A stretch of 64,000 nucleotides of DNA from the human T2T-CHM13v2.0 reference genome, Homo sapiens: the NCBI RefSeq assembly GCF_009914755.1, contig NC_060928.1; one strand, written 5' to 3'. A program made the position numbers and the translations under genes. The notes under the pieces are model-generated. The model had not been told where the DNA came from. It did no database searches and saw nothing but the letters and a program-made list of their open reading frames with translations. Numbering within the stretch: the stretch's first letter is position 1; every line of letters begins with the position of its first letter. This document shows positions 1 through 12,700 of the stretch, in pieces.

Positions 1-2062
1 CAAACAGAGAGAATTGAATCCCCCACATAACCTTTCCTGTCCTGGAGGATGTGACTGAGGATGCAGGATGTGATCGCAGGCAGAGGTGATGATACTTTCT
101 GGTCCTACAATAGGTTGTATATATAGGAAGGTAGTTCTGAACCATTTTTTATTCACCAGTACTTGCACCACTGAATTTCCCTTGTACTTCAGGAGCACAG
201 TAGGGAAGAGGTGATGCCTTCCCAGAGTAGTCAAGTCAAATAAATCAGATTTCTATGCTTGTTCCTCCTACTTTTCCATTATTCACAAAGAACAGAGGCA
301 AGATGGAATAGTGCTTATAAACCAATAATCTTATGATGCAGTTCTTAAAATTCTGCTTCATTATCCCTCTATGGGTCAAAAAGAGTGAAGAAATAGAAAA
401 CAAAGCTTGTGAGGTATCTATGCATGTGATACCTTAAGTGTGATAACTTCTGTGTTGTTTTGAAAGGCTTTCTCTCTGTAAGGAGAGAGCACACTAAGGC
501 ACACAGGCATCCATGTTTTGGCTCATGTCTTGATAGGGCATCCTTAGAAAGGGGGTCTTCTGTAAGGTCAGCCACAAAGCAAGCAAGTAATAGGTGTGTG
601 TGCATGTTTCCCAAAGCCAATTGTTATGGAGCTCCACAGTGTAACAATCAACTTTTCATGGAAGTCAGGAAGGATCTGTTTTATGTGCAGTGCAAAGGAT
701 ATAAACTGCCAGAAGAACATGATATTTTATAGGCTTTTTAATAGAAATTTTATAAAATGATATTTTTCTATCTTGCCCTTAATGAAGTGATGTAGCATGG
801 GGGCTGAGAACTGTGTTTTGGTAAGGCTCTGGTGATTTGGAATTATCTGCTGCTAACATGCCTGGCTCTCAGCCAGTTTGAGGGTTGTATACATTTGAAA
901 ACAGGCATATGAAACCCCGTCAGCCCCATTTGTGGCTCCTCCTGAGGGGAAAAGTTGCTAAGGACTTTGAGCTACCTCCCTTCTTTCTCTTTCCTCAGCA
1001 GTGTGAAGCCTTTCCCAACACCGGGACTATGGTAGTTCTGGGACCAGTCAGAGTTAAACCCAGGACACTTTCTGGAAGAGACCTGGAGTTGTCAAAGAGC
1101 AGGGATTGGATGGTTCCAGAGTTTTAGGGACCTGACCAGGCCTGAGATTTCTGGGATGGCAAGGTAAGGAGAGTGAGAGCTGGAGTGATTTCCCTCAGTC
1201 TCGAGGACTATGTTGAATATGTAGAAGTGTTAATATGGGTCTATTAGACTCCATTATTGATTGACAGAGCAGGGAACATATCTGCTTATGAGTAAGTTCA
1301 GCCTTGTGCCTGAATAAATACTTTTTTAAAAGGTACCAATAATTCCAACACACCAAAAGGTACCTGCCCTTGGAAAAGGATAAAAGCAAGAATGCCTCTG
1401 GGTGAAGTTCCTGGTCATTCCCAACTCTGAATTTAGCATTGATCCTGTGTCTAGCTGGGCTCCTCTTCTGACCTGAGAGCCCTGAAGTCAGCAGATGAGG
1501 TGCTGGTAGAGTTCCATGTAGACAAAGCCCCAGCTCTCTTTCCCCTTATAATCCTGTCTTCAGGGGAGTGACTTGCAACTTATGGAACATATCACATGTG
1601 TTTTTTATTGTCCCCAAACACCATGTGATCTATCATGTATCTTGCTAAAGTAAATTTCTAAGCTTTTTTTTTCCTTTTTAAAACTATTTTCGAAACTGTG
1701 GCAAATGTGTCTAGACTTAGTCATACAAAATTTACAAAAACCTTTTAAAAGGGATTTTAAGATGGTGTTTTAAGGTTGTTAGGTGTTCCATGTTAGGTGT
1801 CTTCTCAGTAAGCCACTCTTCTTTTTCAACTTAAGGAACCCCTCCTTGACAAATTATTAATCAGTGCCTTGGATATATTCACTAATGGTAGAACACAGAG
1901 GTTTAAAATCATTATGGGTTATAAAGAAAGTAAAAATATTTTTATTTGTGGCCAATTTAAAGCCTTGAATCTGTTTGGCTGGGGCTAATATTTACACTTC
2001 CATCCCTGGTGCACATGTTAAGTAATCAAAAGAAAATAGAACTCGGGATTATGCCTGTCGGC

Positions 2063-2088
2063 AAAAAAAAAAAAAAAAAAAAAAAAAA
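2063..2088 (+). repeat. A26 mononucleotide run in SFRP2 intron 2
   Basis: Read directly from the sequence. Confidence 0.95.
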
Positions 2089-2376
2089 GGGATTTAAAAT
2101 GTGCCACTGGAAATTGATAATCTGAATAATTTTCATTATTTGATTATTGGCTTAACAGAACAATGAGTCTCACCTAACAAGATACAACTCAATGCTAGAC
2201 AGTTACATAAGGAGGAAACTAGGATAGATCAAGTTAGATGATTTTGGGATACATGAGCTATAATGGTGTTTTACCCAACCTTTATCTAGCAACATCATAA
2301 TGATTTGCACCTTGAAGTTTTACTGGTAAATAAAACTTCTGAATGTGAAATCTGTTGTTGTTGTTGTATTACTTAC

Positions 2377-2457
2377 CAAAATCATTTTTACAAAGCGTTT
2401 CCATTATGTCGTTGTCATCATCATTTTTATTTTTGCAGGCTTCACATACCTTTGGAG
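2377..2457 (-). CDS. SFRP2: SFRP2 exon 2 (81 nt), start of the netrin/NTR domain
   Basis: Acceptor TTTCTAG|CT at 2458/2457 and donor TTTG|GTAAGT at 2377/2376. In frame with exon 1 it reads (A)PKVCEACKNKNDDDNDIMETLCKNDF(A), matching sFRP-2. Exon 3 is not in the window. Confidence 0.96.
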
Positions 2458-4846
2458 CTAGAAATGTGAAAAACAGTCTTTAGTAAGTTTGCTTAAAAGA
2501 GAACAGTAGGTGGCGTTTGTAAACAACTCAAAGGGACTTATCCAGACAAAAGTAGCAATTGTCCTATTTAACCTCAGCTTCTGCCTCCTCTATAAAAGCA
2601 GGAACACTCAATCCTAAGAAAGTTTTCCCATGCTTCCCAATTTTTTTGGGGGGGAGGGGTGGTGGGAGCAAAATGAGAATGCCTATATGTTGTTGTGTTT
2701 AATAAATTATGACTCTCAAAAGGGAGTTGTGGGCAGAGTATACAAGTGTATGTAGTTATAGTTAACTGAGACAGGGTGCAGCTTTTCAGCTCATCCTCCC
2801 AACCTCTGGGAAATTCAGTCTGAAAAAGTTATTCCCAAGGCCTTTTGAAGGAGAAAGCACCCAAAGAACCAAAGATACTTGAGGAATTTGGGAAAACTGG
2901 TAACTAGAAAATATAGACAAAAGATTGTCTTTCTCAGCCACAGGACACCAGTGTAGTTGGCTCTACTCGGCAGAGCTCTGTATCTCAGGGGGGCCAAGTC
3001 TGGACTGGGAGGGGTGACTGGCTAGCGTTCCACATGTGGGCTGTTTCCACCTTGAAAACACATCTCACTAATTACAACAGCCTGCTCTAAGTGGTTCTGT
3101 GTCACCTTGTGCCTCTGCCAAGATTGTGCTTGAGTTAGGCAGCATTCATTTCATTGTTATCTGCAAGCTCCCTGGTACAGGTTCTTCTTGCCCTTCTGTG
3201 CCTGTTTCAAACTCTCAAAACAAACAAATAAATAAACCTGTTTCTGAAGCTAATCAAAGACGAAGCAAAAATGGTTTAGTGGTCTGATCAAACCTAGGGA
3301 TTGTATACTAGCACAATTATCAGAAGACCTGCTAAAAGCTCTTCTAAGAGTTTGATTTCTTGGGAAAAGTAAAAAAAAAAAAAAAAGAACAATTATATTG
3401 CCCTTCTCTCATTTATAAATGTGTTAATTATGTCTTTAAAATTTAGGTGAAATGAGATTTTCACTAATGTGAAATTTAATGTTCATAGAAAACTATGTGA
3501 CTTAATAGAAGCGTTATTTATCAAATTAGAAAAATCACAAAGCTGGAATTTTGAAGAACATAAACTTTTATTTTGAAGGAGAAAAGTGGCTTTTTGGAGA
3601 AATGTAAGATGCGTAATGTTGCTGCTGATAGTGGGAAGAAATAAAAGCAACATACATAAAACTGCCCTTAAGTCCCCTCACCCAAACAAAATCAAACATT
3701 TCCAATTAGGAGCTCTCAGGATGTATATAAAATATTACTAACCTGTATTGGTTGGTCTATGGTACATGTTGGACAAATGTTTGAAAAATGCCAAACATTT
3801 GCAATAAATTAGAAATCTAACCAATAAGATGATTGCAAACTCATGGTCCCTGCCAGGAAAGATTGCTAAAGAACTTTGCATTTGCTTTAACTAATGATGT
3901 CTGTAGGAAAACTACTAGAGATTGAAAGGGAGAGGCTGCTGAAGCCCTGAAAGGGATTAGGAAGCTCCCTTTTCCAACCCAGGGGACCCAAATCAGCTCA
4001 GAGGCATTGTATATGTTTTCCTTTCAGAAAAAATATTGAGAGCCCATGAGGTTTTCATTGCTTTGATGGTTTTTGCACAGGAACTCTCCCTCCGTTTTCT
4101 AAAAACTTGGGAATCTCTTTTGCATGATTTTCTCCAGCTAATCAAAACCACTCCTAAGTTAAAAACTGATAGCAATAGAAAAGTGATTTCCAGAGATTCC
4201 CTTTATGCCCTCTTCCTCAAGTATCTGAGCAGTTACAACCAATGTTCAATTTTCCACACACTCCGTGCCAGTCCCGGTTTTATTTCCAAAATCTAAATTG
4301 ACAAAGGACAAAAAGACCCTTAAAAGGTTATCTACTTGTGCATCCTGGTTTTCCTTTCTGTACAGGAAATGTTCCTGTGACTAGAATCCTGCCCAGTGGT
4401 AGGAAGGTGCAGAATGAGGCTGAGCGAGGGGCCTCTGGCCAGAATGCTCACCACAAACTCCTCCACCAAACACCACTTCCAACGCTCTGCGCAGCTCCAG
4501 TGCTAGCATCTTTAACAATAATCGTGTATCTATTTTTTTTTAAACCGCCGTTCAGTTCTTCGTTTTTTTAGTTTTGTTGTTTTTGTTTGTTTGTTTTATT
4601 TTTAAACTGCCCTTAAGTATAGCTGGTACAACTCGGGAGGAGAATGCGCGAGACTTGGGCGGCGTGGGAGGGGTGCCTCAAATTTGATACAGGCTTGTTG
4701 TGATGACAGACCAGGTCAGGCAGAACTTCTGCCCTTCCCGCTACTGGCACCCCAAGCAGGGATGCACTGGGATGCGTGGCAGGGGCGGGATCTCCTGGGA
4801 GCGTCTCAGCCCAGCAGGGAGTGGGGAAGCAAGAGGGAAGGCTTAC

Positions 4847-5348
4847 CTTCCTCGGTGGCTGGCAGGAGGTGGTCGCTGCTAGCGAGGGGGATGCAAAGGT
4901 CGTTGTCCTGGGGGAAACGGTCGCACTCAAGCATGTCGGGCCAGGGGAAGCCGAAGGCGGACATGACCGGGGCGCAGCGGTCCTTCACCTGCACGCAGAG
5001 CGAGTGGCATGGCTGGATGGTCTCGTCTAGGTCATCGAGGCAGACGGGGGCGAAGAGCGAGCACAGGAACTTCTTGGTGTCCGGGTGGCACTGCTTCATG
5101 ACCAGCGGGATCCAAGCGCCGGCCTGCTCCAGCACCTCCTTCATGGTCTCGTGGCCCAGCAGGTTGGGCAGCCGCATGTTCTGGTATTCGATGCCGTGGC
5201 ACAGCTGCAGGTTGGCCGGGATGGGCTTGCAATTGCTGCGCTTGTAGGAGAAGTCGGGCTGGCCAAAGAGGAAGAGCCCGCGCGCCGAGCCCAGGCAGCA
5301 GTGCGAGGCGAGGAAGAGCAGCAGCAGCGAGCCAGGGCCCTGCAGCAT
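4847..5348 (-). CDS. SFRP2: SFRP2 exon 1 coding part: signal peptide plus Frizzled cysteine-rich domain (CRD)
   Basis: The ORF MLQGPGSLLLLFLASHCCLGSARG...PATEE has a signal peptide and 10 Fz-CRD cysteines. Start context is CCCACG-ATG. Donor GAAG|GTAAGC at 4847/4846; 502 coding nt, phase 1. Confidence 0.98.
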
Positions 5349-5589
5349 CGTGGGCGCGCGACCCCGAGGGGGCAGAGGGAGCGGAGCCGGGGAAGGGCGA
5401 GGCGGCCGGAGTTCGAGCTTGTCCCGGGCCCGCTCTCTTCGCTGGGTGCGACTCGGGGCCCCGAAAAGCTGGCAGCCGGCGGCTGGGGCGCGGAGAAGCG
5501 GGACACCGGGAGGACAGCGCGGGCGAGGCGCTGCAAGCCCGCGCGCAGCTCCGGGGGGCTCCGACCCGGGGGAGCAGAATGAGCCGTTG
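5349..5589 (-). other. SFRP2: SFRP2 5' UTR (approximate)
   Basis: GC-rich with no upstream ATG. The 5' end is placed at CAACGGCTCATT from my recollection of the mRNA and from spacing to the TATA-like box. Confidence 0.75.
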
Positions 5590-5800
5590 CTGGGGCACAG
5601 CCAGAGTTTTCTTGGCCTTTTTTATGCAAATCTGGAGGGTGGGGGGAGCAAGGGAGGAGCCAATGAAGGGTAATCCGAGGAGGGCTGGTCACTACTTTCT
5701 GGGTCTGGTTTTGCGTTGAGAATGCCCCTCACGCGCTTGCTGGAAGGGAATTCTGGCTGCGCCCCCTCCCCTAGATGCCGCCGCTCGCCCGCCCTAGGAT
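5590..5800 (-). promoter_or_regulatory. SFRP2 core promoter: TATA-like CATAAAAA overlapping an octamer, CCAAT box, GC boxes
   Basis: Minus strand reads ATTTGCATAAAAAA (octamer 5624-5631, TATA-like 5619-5626). CCAAT at 5660-5664, TAATCC at 5671-5676, GC-rich CCCGCCC near 5790. Confidence 0.7.
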
Positions 5801-6015
5801 TTCTTTAAACAACAAACAGAGAAGGCTGGCCGCTGCGCCCCCACAGTGAGCGAGCAGGGCGCGGGCTGCGGGAGTGGGGGCCACGCAGGGCACCCCGCGA
5901 GCGGCCTCGCGACCAGGTACTGGCGGGAACGCGCCTAGCCCCGCGTGCCGCCGGGGCCCGGGCTTGTTTTGCCCCAGTCCGAAGTTTCTGCTGGGTTGCC
6001 AGGCATGAGTGGGAG

Positions 6016-6018
<3 letters not shown>

Positions 6019-6066
<48 letters not shown>
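6019..6066 (+). repeat. (GT)24 microsatellite
   Basis: Perfect GT run read directly. Confidence 0.97.
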
Positions 6067-6067
<1 letters not shown>

Positions 6068-6809
6068 GGGGGGCTGCGTCCCTGGTAGCCGCGTGTGCCC
6101 TGTGATGGAGCCCGGGACCTGCCCGCCCGAGGCCGCCTCGGCGAACTTCGTTTTCCCTCGAATCTCCAGCCACCGTTCAGCAGCCTGTCGGTGTGCTCCC
6201 CAATGCCGTAAAAAAATCAGAATTATAAATATATTCGTATGAGCAGAACTTTACATGGAAAACGAAATACTAATAAAATGGGCTTGTTATTCTGTTGGAG
6301 TGAGTGCCTAGGAAGGGTTTCGTCGTTGTAGAAACGCCCCTACAAGAGTCTCACCAGTCACACAGGACTGCCCACCATTTCCCCGTTTTGGAGAGATTTT
6401 TCCTTCTTAAATGAATGGCATGACTCAATACTCGAAGGCATCACGGGCTCTAACACACAGCCGCCCTTGCAGCTGTGCGCTCTGGAAAGCTGGAGTATGG
6501 GCCCCCAGGGCACTGTTTGTAAAGACTGGTGGCCGGCACAAAAGACGGGCACAAAAGATGGGCAGGCTGGGAGGGAGCGAGGTAGAGGAAGGAGTCCTGC
6601 CTAGAGATCCACGAGGGCTAGAATTAGCTCATTCATCCCCTACGTACCAGGGGGCACCATGCTGGGCGCTGGATGTGCAGAAATGAACAAACAGGCCGGC
6701 CTCTGCTCTCGTGGAGCCTGGGATCTAGTGTCTCTGACTGCAAACAGTAAGTTCTGGGTTGGGGGGTGGGCTCCTTTTGCCTAATTGTCCCTAGTCTCCC
6801 TATGGGGAC

Positions 6810-9750
6810 AGGAGGCCTTCGCTCTCCTCAGCCGCTGTCTCCGGGTGGCTGTGAAGATCCAAAGAGATAATCCCCGGAGGGCGAAGTTCTTTCATATGTA
6901 AGGTGGGCGCATTGTTATTACTTCCCGACCACTTAAGAGTCATTCACAGGCTCAGACCCCGGCTTCCTAATTTCCCTCCTTCCGGAAGATGCGTTGGCCT
7001 TGGCGGCTCCCAGGCCCAAGTTATCAGGCACGCTTTGCGGTCCAGCTGCTTAGAGGAGCCGGGTAATGAATGAATGGGTGGCAAAAGCCCACTCAGTGTT
7101 ATCTGCTGACCGTAAACACGCCAGGAAAATCGCCATCTGGAGAGAATGCACATTCTGAACTCCAAGAATCTGCGTCCCTAAGAGCCCAGCTTCCGGGTGC
7201 TCTGCTGGGGAAGGGCCCGGGGTAGCTGCAAAAGGCCTCTCTTTCCCCAAATTGGTTCAGGGCCTTTTCGTCTCTAACGAAAGCACCAAGAGGCCTAAAA
7301 GCCCCCTTCCCAACATAAACTACTTTGCAATGAAACCACAAAGGAAACAGAAGCACACCAAAAGAAAGAGCTAATAAAGAGCGTGAGCTCTGAGAGATGC
7401 TACGACTTGGGCCTGGGAGTGGGATAAGGGCCCTCTCGCTTTCACGCCCCCCCAACCCCCCGCCGGCCCCGGCCAACCCCTAAATCCCCAACGCCCTCCG
7501 CTGGGGTCGCCTCCTCCCCGCAGAGCCCCTTGTTGGGAGTTCAAGGAGCCCGAAGCTGGTCTGGCTGGTTTGAGCTCCGCGCTGCCGCACGCCCGGAAGT
7601 GGCTGGCGGCCCCCGCGCTCCGCGCGCCGGCTGCATTGTTTTGGGAGCCCTCGCTGCCCGGCTTGCCGCCAGGAGGTGCTGGGAGTCGCGCCTGAGTCTC
7701 CATCCCTGCCGTGCGCAGTGTCCACCTCTGGCCAGCTTGTTTGCCCGGCCCGCGCGGCCCATCGCTGCTCCTCCCGGAACCCACGCCACTTAGTCTGGTC
7801 CCGACCCTGCACTCGCTGCTGCTGCCTTTCCCACCTCAAGTCGCTCTCCCCACTCCCTTCTGCTTTTGGGCTAAGACCGGTCCAATTGATCACTGGGGAA
7901 CAGGGCAATAACCTCCCGCGGAGGCTGGGACGCGGGCACGGAGCTCTGCCCATATGAGCAGCGCAGGGATGGGACACTGGGTGCCCATCCCAGCGCGCCT
8001 CCCCAGACTGGTCCCTGGGATGCTCACACGTGGCGCGGCACCGCGGCGGCGCCTTCACGAACCCAGACTCTTCTCTGCTGCCAGTTGACCTCAGGTCCAC
8101 AGGTCTCCTTCGATCCTTGCAATTGATCAAAACCCACCAAAGGCTTTTATTTGTACCAATGGACCGTCCATGTTTACCCCCTCCCTGCCCATTTAAGGCA
8201 CGGAAAATCTATTCACCCAAGCCCAGGGTAAGTGATGGTGGATGCCCACTCCACCGGGCATCTTGCTTAAAGGGGGCTGCCCATAGGTCCCTGGAGAGGG
8301 GCTTGGTCCAGAACACACACAGAATGAACATCATCCCACCCCAATGCTGCAGGTCTACGGAAGAGCCTCGACCTCCCGTATCCTGGGTTTGGCTCTGCTT
8401 CTCTGCTTGAGTGTTTCCTGTGCTCAGGGCACTGAAGAAGCTTGAGGCACAAAGAAAGCCCCCAGCAATCTCTCCAGAACAATTTGGCTTCTTGTTTAAA
8501 CCTGTGCTGGCTACAAGAGTTTCTGGACAGGCAAGACCTTCACTCTCACGTTCAGATTCTGTCCTGTCAGGGAGTCCGCTTGGCCTCCGCGAAGAGCTGG
8601 GAAAAGCGAGCCTCCCACCCCCACTCGCAAGTAGTAAAATCAAAGCGGATGGACCCTTATTTCTGAGGAGTGAAAGCGAGAAGAACGATGCGTGTAAAAT
8701 GCTAGTTCCTTAATTCACACAATCCAGCACCGGCTCCCGGATGATCATTTTGCACACAAGCAGTCACTGGGAAACTGAGGCATGGAGAGGTTAAGTAACG
8801 AACCGGGCCACACCGTAAGTGGTACAGCTGCTGACGTTACATGTGCCTCGGTGAGGTGAAGTGACTACCGGGCTAGCCTTGGGGACCTGTCGCGACTTGT
8901 CGGGTGTCTCCAACCGCGTTGCCGCCTGGCTTTCAGCCGTGCGCTGGCCAGCCGGGCGGGTGACGTCACCTCTCCCCGGGTCCGTGCACCCAGGCCTTCC
9001 CTGCTCCGGGTGAGTATTTTTTCATGGGATTCAGCCATCTGGGGGCGCCATTTCCCAAAACAGAGATTGTCCCTTTGAGGTTGCAAGTCAGGTTCCTTTA
9101 CGCTGAGATCCCTTACATTTTTACTTTTAGGAAGGTTTTTTCGAGGGGTGGGGGGATGACCTCATTCCTTCGCCTTTGGCCCTCCCTCTACCCGGCCCCA
9201 CAACGAGGACGCCCCTGCAGCTGGCTGGGCCGCTTCCTCTTGCCACGCGGGGGGACCTGTGCCCGCGGCCGTGCACCTCCGTGTACGCTTCTGCTCCTCG
9301 GACCCCATCGGTTCAGACGCGGATTTCCGAGAACGAGACCAGAGTCTGCGTCTGGAGAGCCTTTGCCCCTCATCTTAGGAAGAGTCTAGTCTGAGAACAA
9401 ACAGTTTGCCAACTCCTACCCCGAGCTCTTGCGCGTATCTCCTTAAATATTTCAAGGGTCTGGGCCCCAGATGGGTGCTCGGAAAGCAAACGAAGGGTCC
9501 AGGGAGGCCGAGGACAACGCGGAGCTCAGCGCCCCCTTCTTGCCTGAAGGGGCGCGCTGGAGGAGGAAGGGCGCGGCGGAGACGCAGAAGGCGGTTCCTT
9601 GGGGGCAAAGCAGGAGCCAGTCTGGGGCCTACCCCTTCTCGCCCTGAGGGATTCTGTCCTGGAGAGAACTGTAATTGCCCAGGTCTGTGTAAGCAATCTG
9701 GTCTGTGGGTTCAAAGCCAGTGTGAACCCCACGTTCCCGAGACCTCTTTG
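6810..9750. promoter_or_regulatory. Second upstream CpG-rich block
   Basis: Dense CpG at about 7440-8070 and 8550-9620. Full CRE TGACGTCA at 8961-8968 next to GGGCGGG. Confidence 0.8.
8745..8830 (-). mobile_element. MIR fragment
   Basis: GGGAAACTGAGGCATGGAGAGGTTAAGTAAC is the MIR core. Confidence 0.65.
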
Positions 9751-12700
9751 CCCCAACCAAGTACAGCGAAGTTTTGAAGCTCAGTAGAAAATGACTAAAA
9801 AACAGTCCAAACTCCAAAATGATAAAAACAAGTACACCTACAAGGATAATCTTCTGCAACAGAACATTTTCTTGTTCTTCCCCACCCCATGAGTGTTTTA
9901 GTCCACAGCTGACTGGGAATAGACTGAACGCTATTTTGTACTATGCTTCTCTCAGGAAGATAGAGGCATATCATGGAGGCTGGCCGTGGGTTGGTGCCTT
10001 GGCAGAGACCAGTTTCTGTTTCTTCTGTTGTTCCTTCAATAAGAAAATAGCCCTAGAAATTTTGGGAGAATGAATGGGGCGAAGGCATGGCATGTCTTTT
10101 TTGTATCTCTGGGCTGCTTCTGATTAAAAAACAACAACCAAAAAAAACAAAAAACAAAAAAAACCACACACACAAAAATCCTCGAGGGCAGTTCGGCGAG
10201 CTCGACTTGTGGGGAGGAAATTCCATTTCTGTTTAGTGCACACGTCCTTACTCTAGCCTTTTATTTATAGCATAAGGTCTCAAATTTGCTGGACCAGTAG
10301 AAATTCTTTAGTCTTTGCATTCCAAAATTTGAGATTGATGTTACCGGTGTACATCTATGTTACAATCTTAAATACAGAAATATTTATTGGCACTTCTTTT
10401 CTCTCCCCTGTCCCTTTCTTCCCAACTTTCCCTGTCTCTTTTTGGGGTCCTAGTAGGTTATTGCTCACTGATGTGTTGCAACTGCTGATGAGACCCTTGA
10501 AATGAAGTATCTCTTAATTGCTCACATTAGAAAATCCTGAATGGAAACAGCAAAAACCCAAGGCCATTCACGCAGGGTGGTCCACAAGCCACAGAGTGTC
10601 TCCAAAAAGACCCGTTCCATTGTCTGATTTGAACAGCAGGTTCAAACACTGGCTAAGCTGGTGTTTCACTCTGGTGAGAATTTATTGCCATCAGATAAGA
10701 GCACAAAGTCAATACAATAAAGCCTGTAGGCTCTAAAGCAACAGATGGAATCTGAGTTCCTGCACACACGTATGATCTTTCCAGAGACAAATCACAGAAT
10801 AAAAAGCCCTTTGTCATTCTTACTGAAGTGACTTTTAGGAAAACTTTTCCATACCCTGCGTGTGTGTGTCTGTTTGGGTCTTTCTCTATAACGATAGGTT
10901 TTTATGCTGCTTAAACTGAGACATTTGTCAGAATCATTAAAGCAGTTTATCCTTTTATGACATATACTCAGCTTTAGTAAGTCACAGGATTCACAGCAAC
11001 ACAATTAAATCTGTTAATCAGAAAAGCGTGTGTTTTTGGCTGATTTAGAGCTAAGTGTGTAATCTGTAATTTCAAACCATAGTATCCAGCATATGCAGAT
11101 TTAGCACTCTGACTGAATTCATTGGCACTACCAACAAAGTTTCATTAGTAGGCCTAATATTTCCGAATACTTTGTAAATCTCTGGAGGTACAATGGGGAG
11201 TGACATGCTATATAGAAATAATATTTCCAAATGTTAAATTTGGTTCCTGGTGGATTTGGTTCCTTGGTAGTCTGTGAAATGTCTAGTGATCATCTTAGCT
11301 ATGTTGTCCAGAGTTTTGCTGTTTTCCCTTAGTTTCCTGGAAATCTTAATGAATTAAAGAAATTCATGATTAAGTTCTGCTCTGGAAGAAAATAAGAGAG
11401 TGCTTTTGTGAGTATAGTTGATTTGTTATTATTCTTTATGTCCCAGTTTGTCTAGAGTTTGAAGATGAGCAAGATTATCTGAGGTTTTTCTGTTATCAAT
11501 TCTTGTCTGGAACACATACTGAAAACCTGTCTTTCATTCCTTTCCATTGGTATTAATAAGTTGAAACCCTTTGCTTGTTATGCTAGTTATTGTTCCATTC
11601 AGAGGAATTAGGGATAGTAGGGATGGGGTAGGGAAGAAGAAGGAGGGAGTCACTCTTGCTTGTACCCAGCTTCAAAATCAGATTCCTTGCATTTTGAATT
11701 TTTCTGGGAAAGGGTACATTATTCCCCAGGATATTCCCATGGTGTCTGAATGATTCCGTAGGTAGTCACTGGAATGATTTTCATGGGATGTCACCATATC
11801 ACCACAGGCAGGACAATATTCTGCTCTGCTCTTCTCTGTAACCATAGATGATATAATTAGGAACCTGAAACCTTAAAGATGGAATTCCCCAAGTTCCTTG
11901 GGGTTTAATTTCATTCATCCAGTCAAAAGACTGTTGGGCCTCTACCATGAGCTATGAGGGTAATAAAAAAGATCTACGCCTTTGAGGGATTTTTCTTAGT
12001 ATTTGCAGGTAAAAGTAAAATTTCTGCTTGTCTGCATTTAGCTTAAACGTAAAAAAGGCACATATTTCTGAGAGTAAAGCCTTATTCCCAGTATACTTGG
12101 ATAAAGGGTGAAGGCTTATGAAGATCCTCATACAGTGAAATAATCGGTGTTGCTCAGTAAAGGAGTAACCAAGCAAAGGCTAACAATTCATTTGCTGGTC
12201 ATGTCTGAGGACTTCAGTTGCTTTTTGAATTGTGATAGAATAAGCTTTATTAGAAAGCAGACTACTAGAGAAAAATTCTGGAAAAGATCTTGAGAAATTT
12301 GTTCCTTGCCCTCCCATAAGACCAGCTTAAATGAACAAAGGGAGATTATACTCTGTTCAGTTTATAAATTTACTTTCAGAGAATTGCATTCCATCTTAAA
12401 AACCCTAAATTGTAGTAGATACTTGGGAAATTCTCATGACCTACCAGATGAATGATGGATCTTGAACAATTGCATTTCCCCAAAAAACAGCTAAGAAATA
12501 TGCTGATAGTCATATTGTGTTTCCCAAATCAACAGGAATGAATTGAAAATTAAACTGAGTTCATATGAAGCTTTTCACTCACAGCTTGCTTCCCCCACCC
12601 CAAATGCTTCTTTTTGTGTATAAAAGTTATACAACTCCATGTAAAAATTTCAGACAAGACAGAAAGTTATCAAGAGAAAAGTGGAAATCTCTAATGTCAC

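Larger units (their letters stand above)
4640..6210. promoter_or_regulatory. CpG island over the SFRP2 promoter and exon 1
   Basis: Very high GC and CpG density against AT-rich flanks; boundaries estimated by eye. Confidence 0.9.

Noticed and set aside
4684-5692. Long overlapping ORFs (187, 188, 165 and 183 aa) across SFRP2 exon 1
   Set aside because: These are shadow frames of a GC-rich coding exon and CpG island; many use non-ATG starts and none shows a domain.
7099-9777. ORFs of 120-216 aa in the second CpG block
   Set aside because: Stop-codon scarcity in GC-rich DNA explains them; the Arg/Pro/Gly/Ala-rich translations have no recognisable homology.
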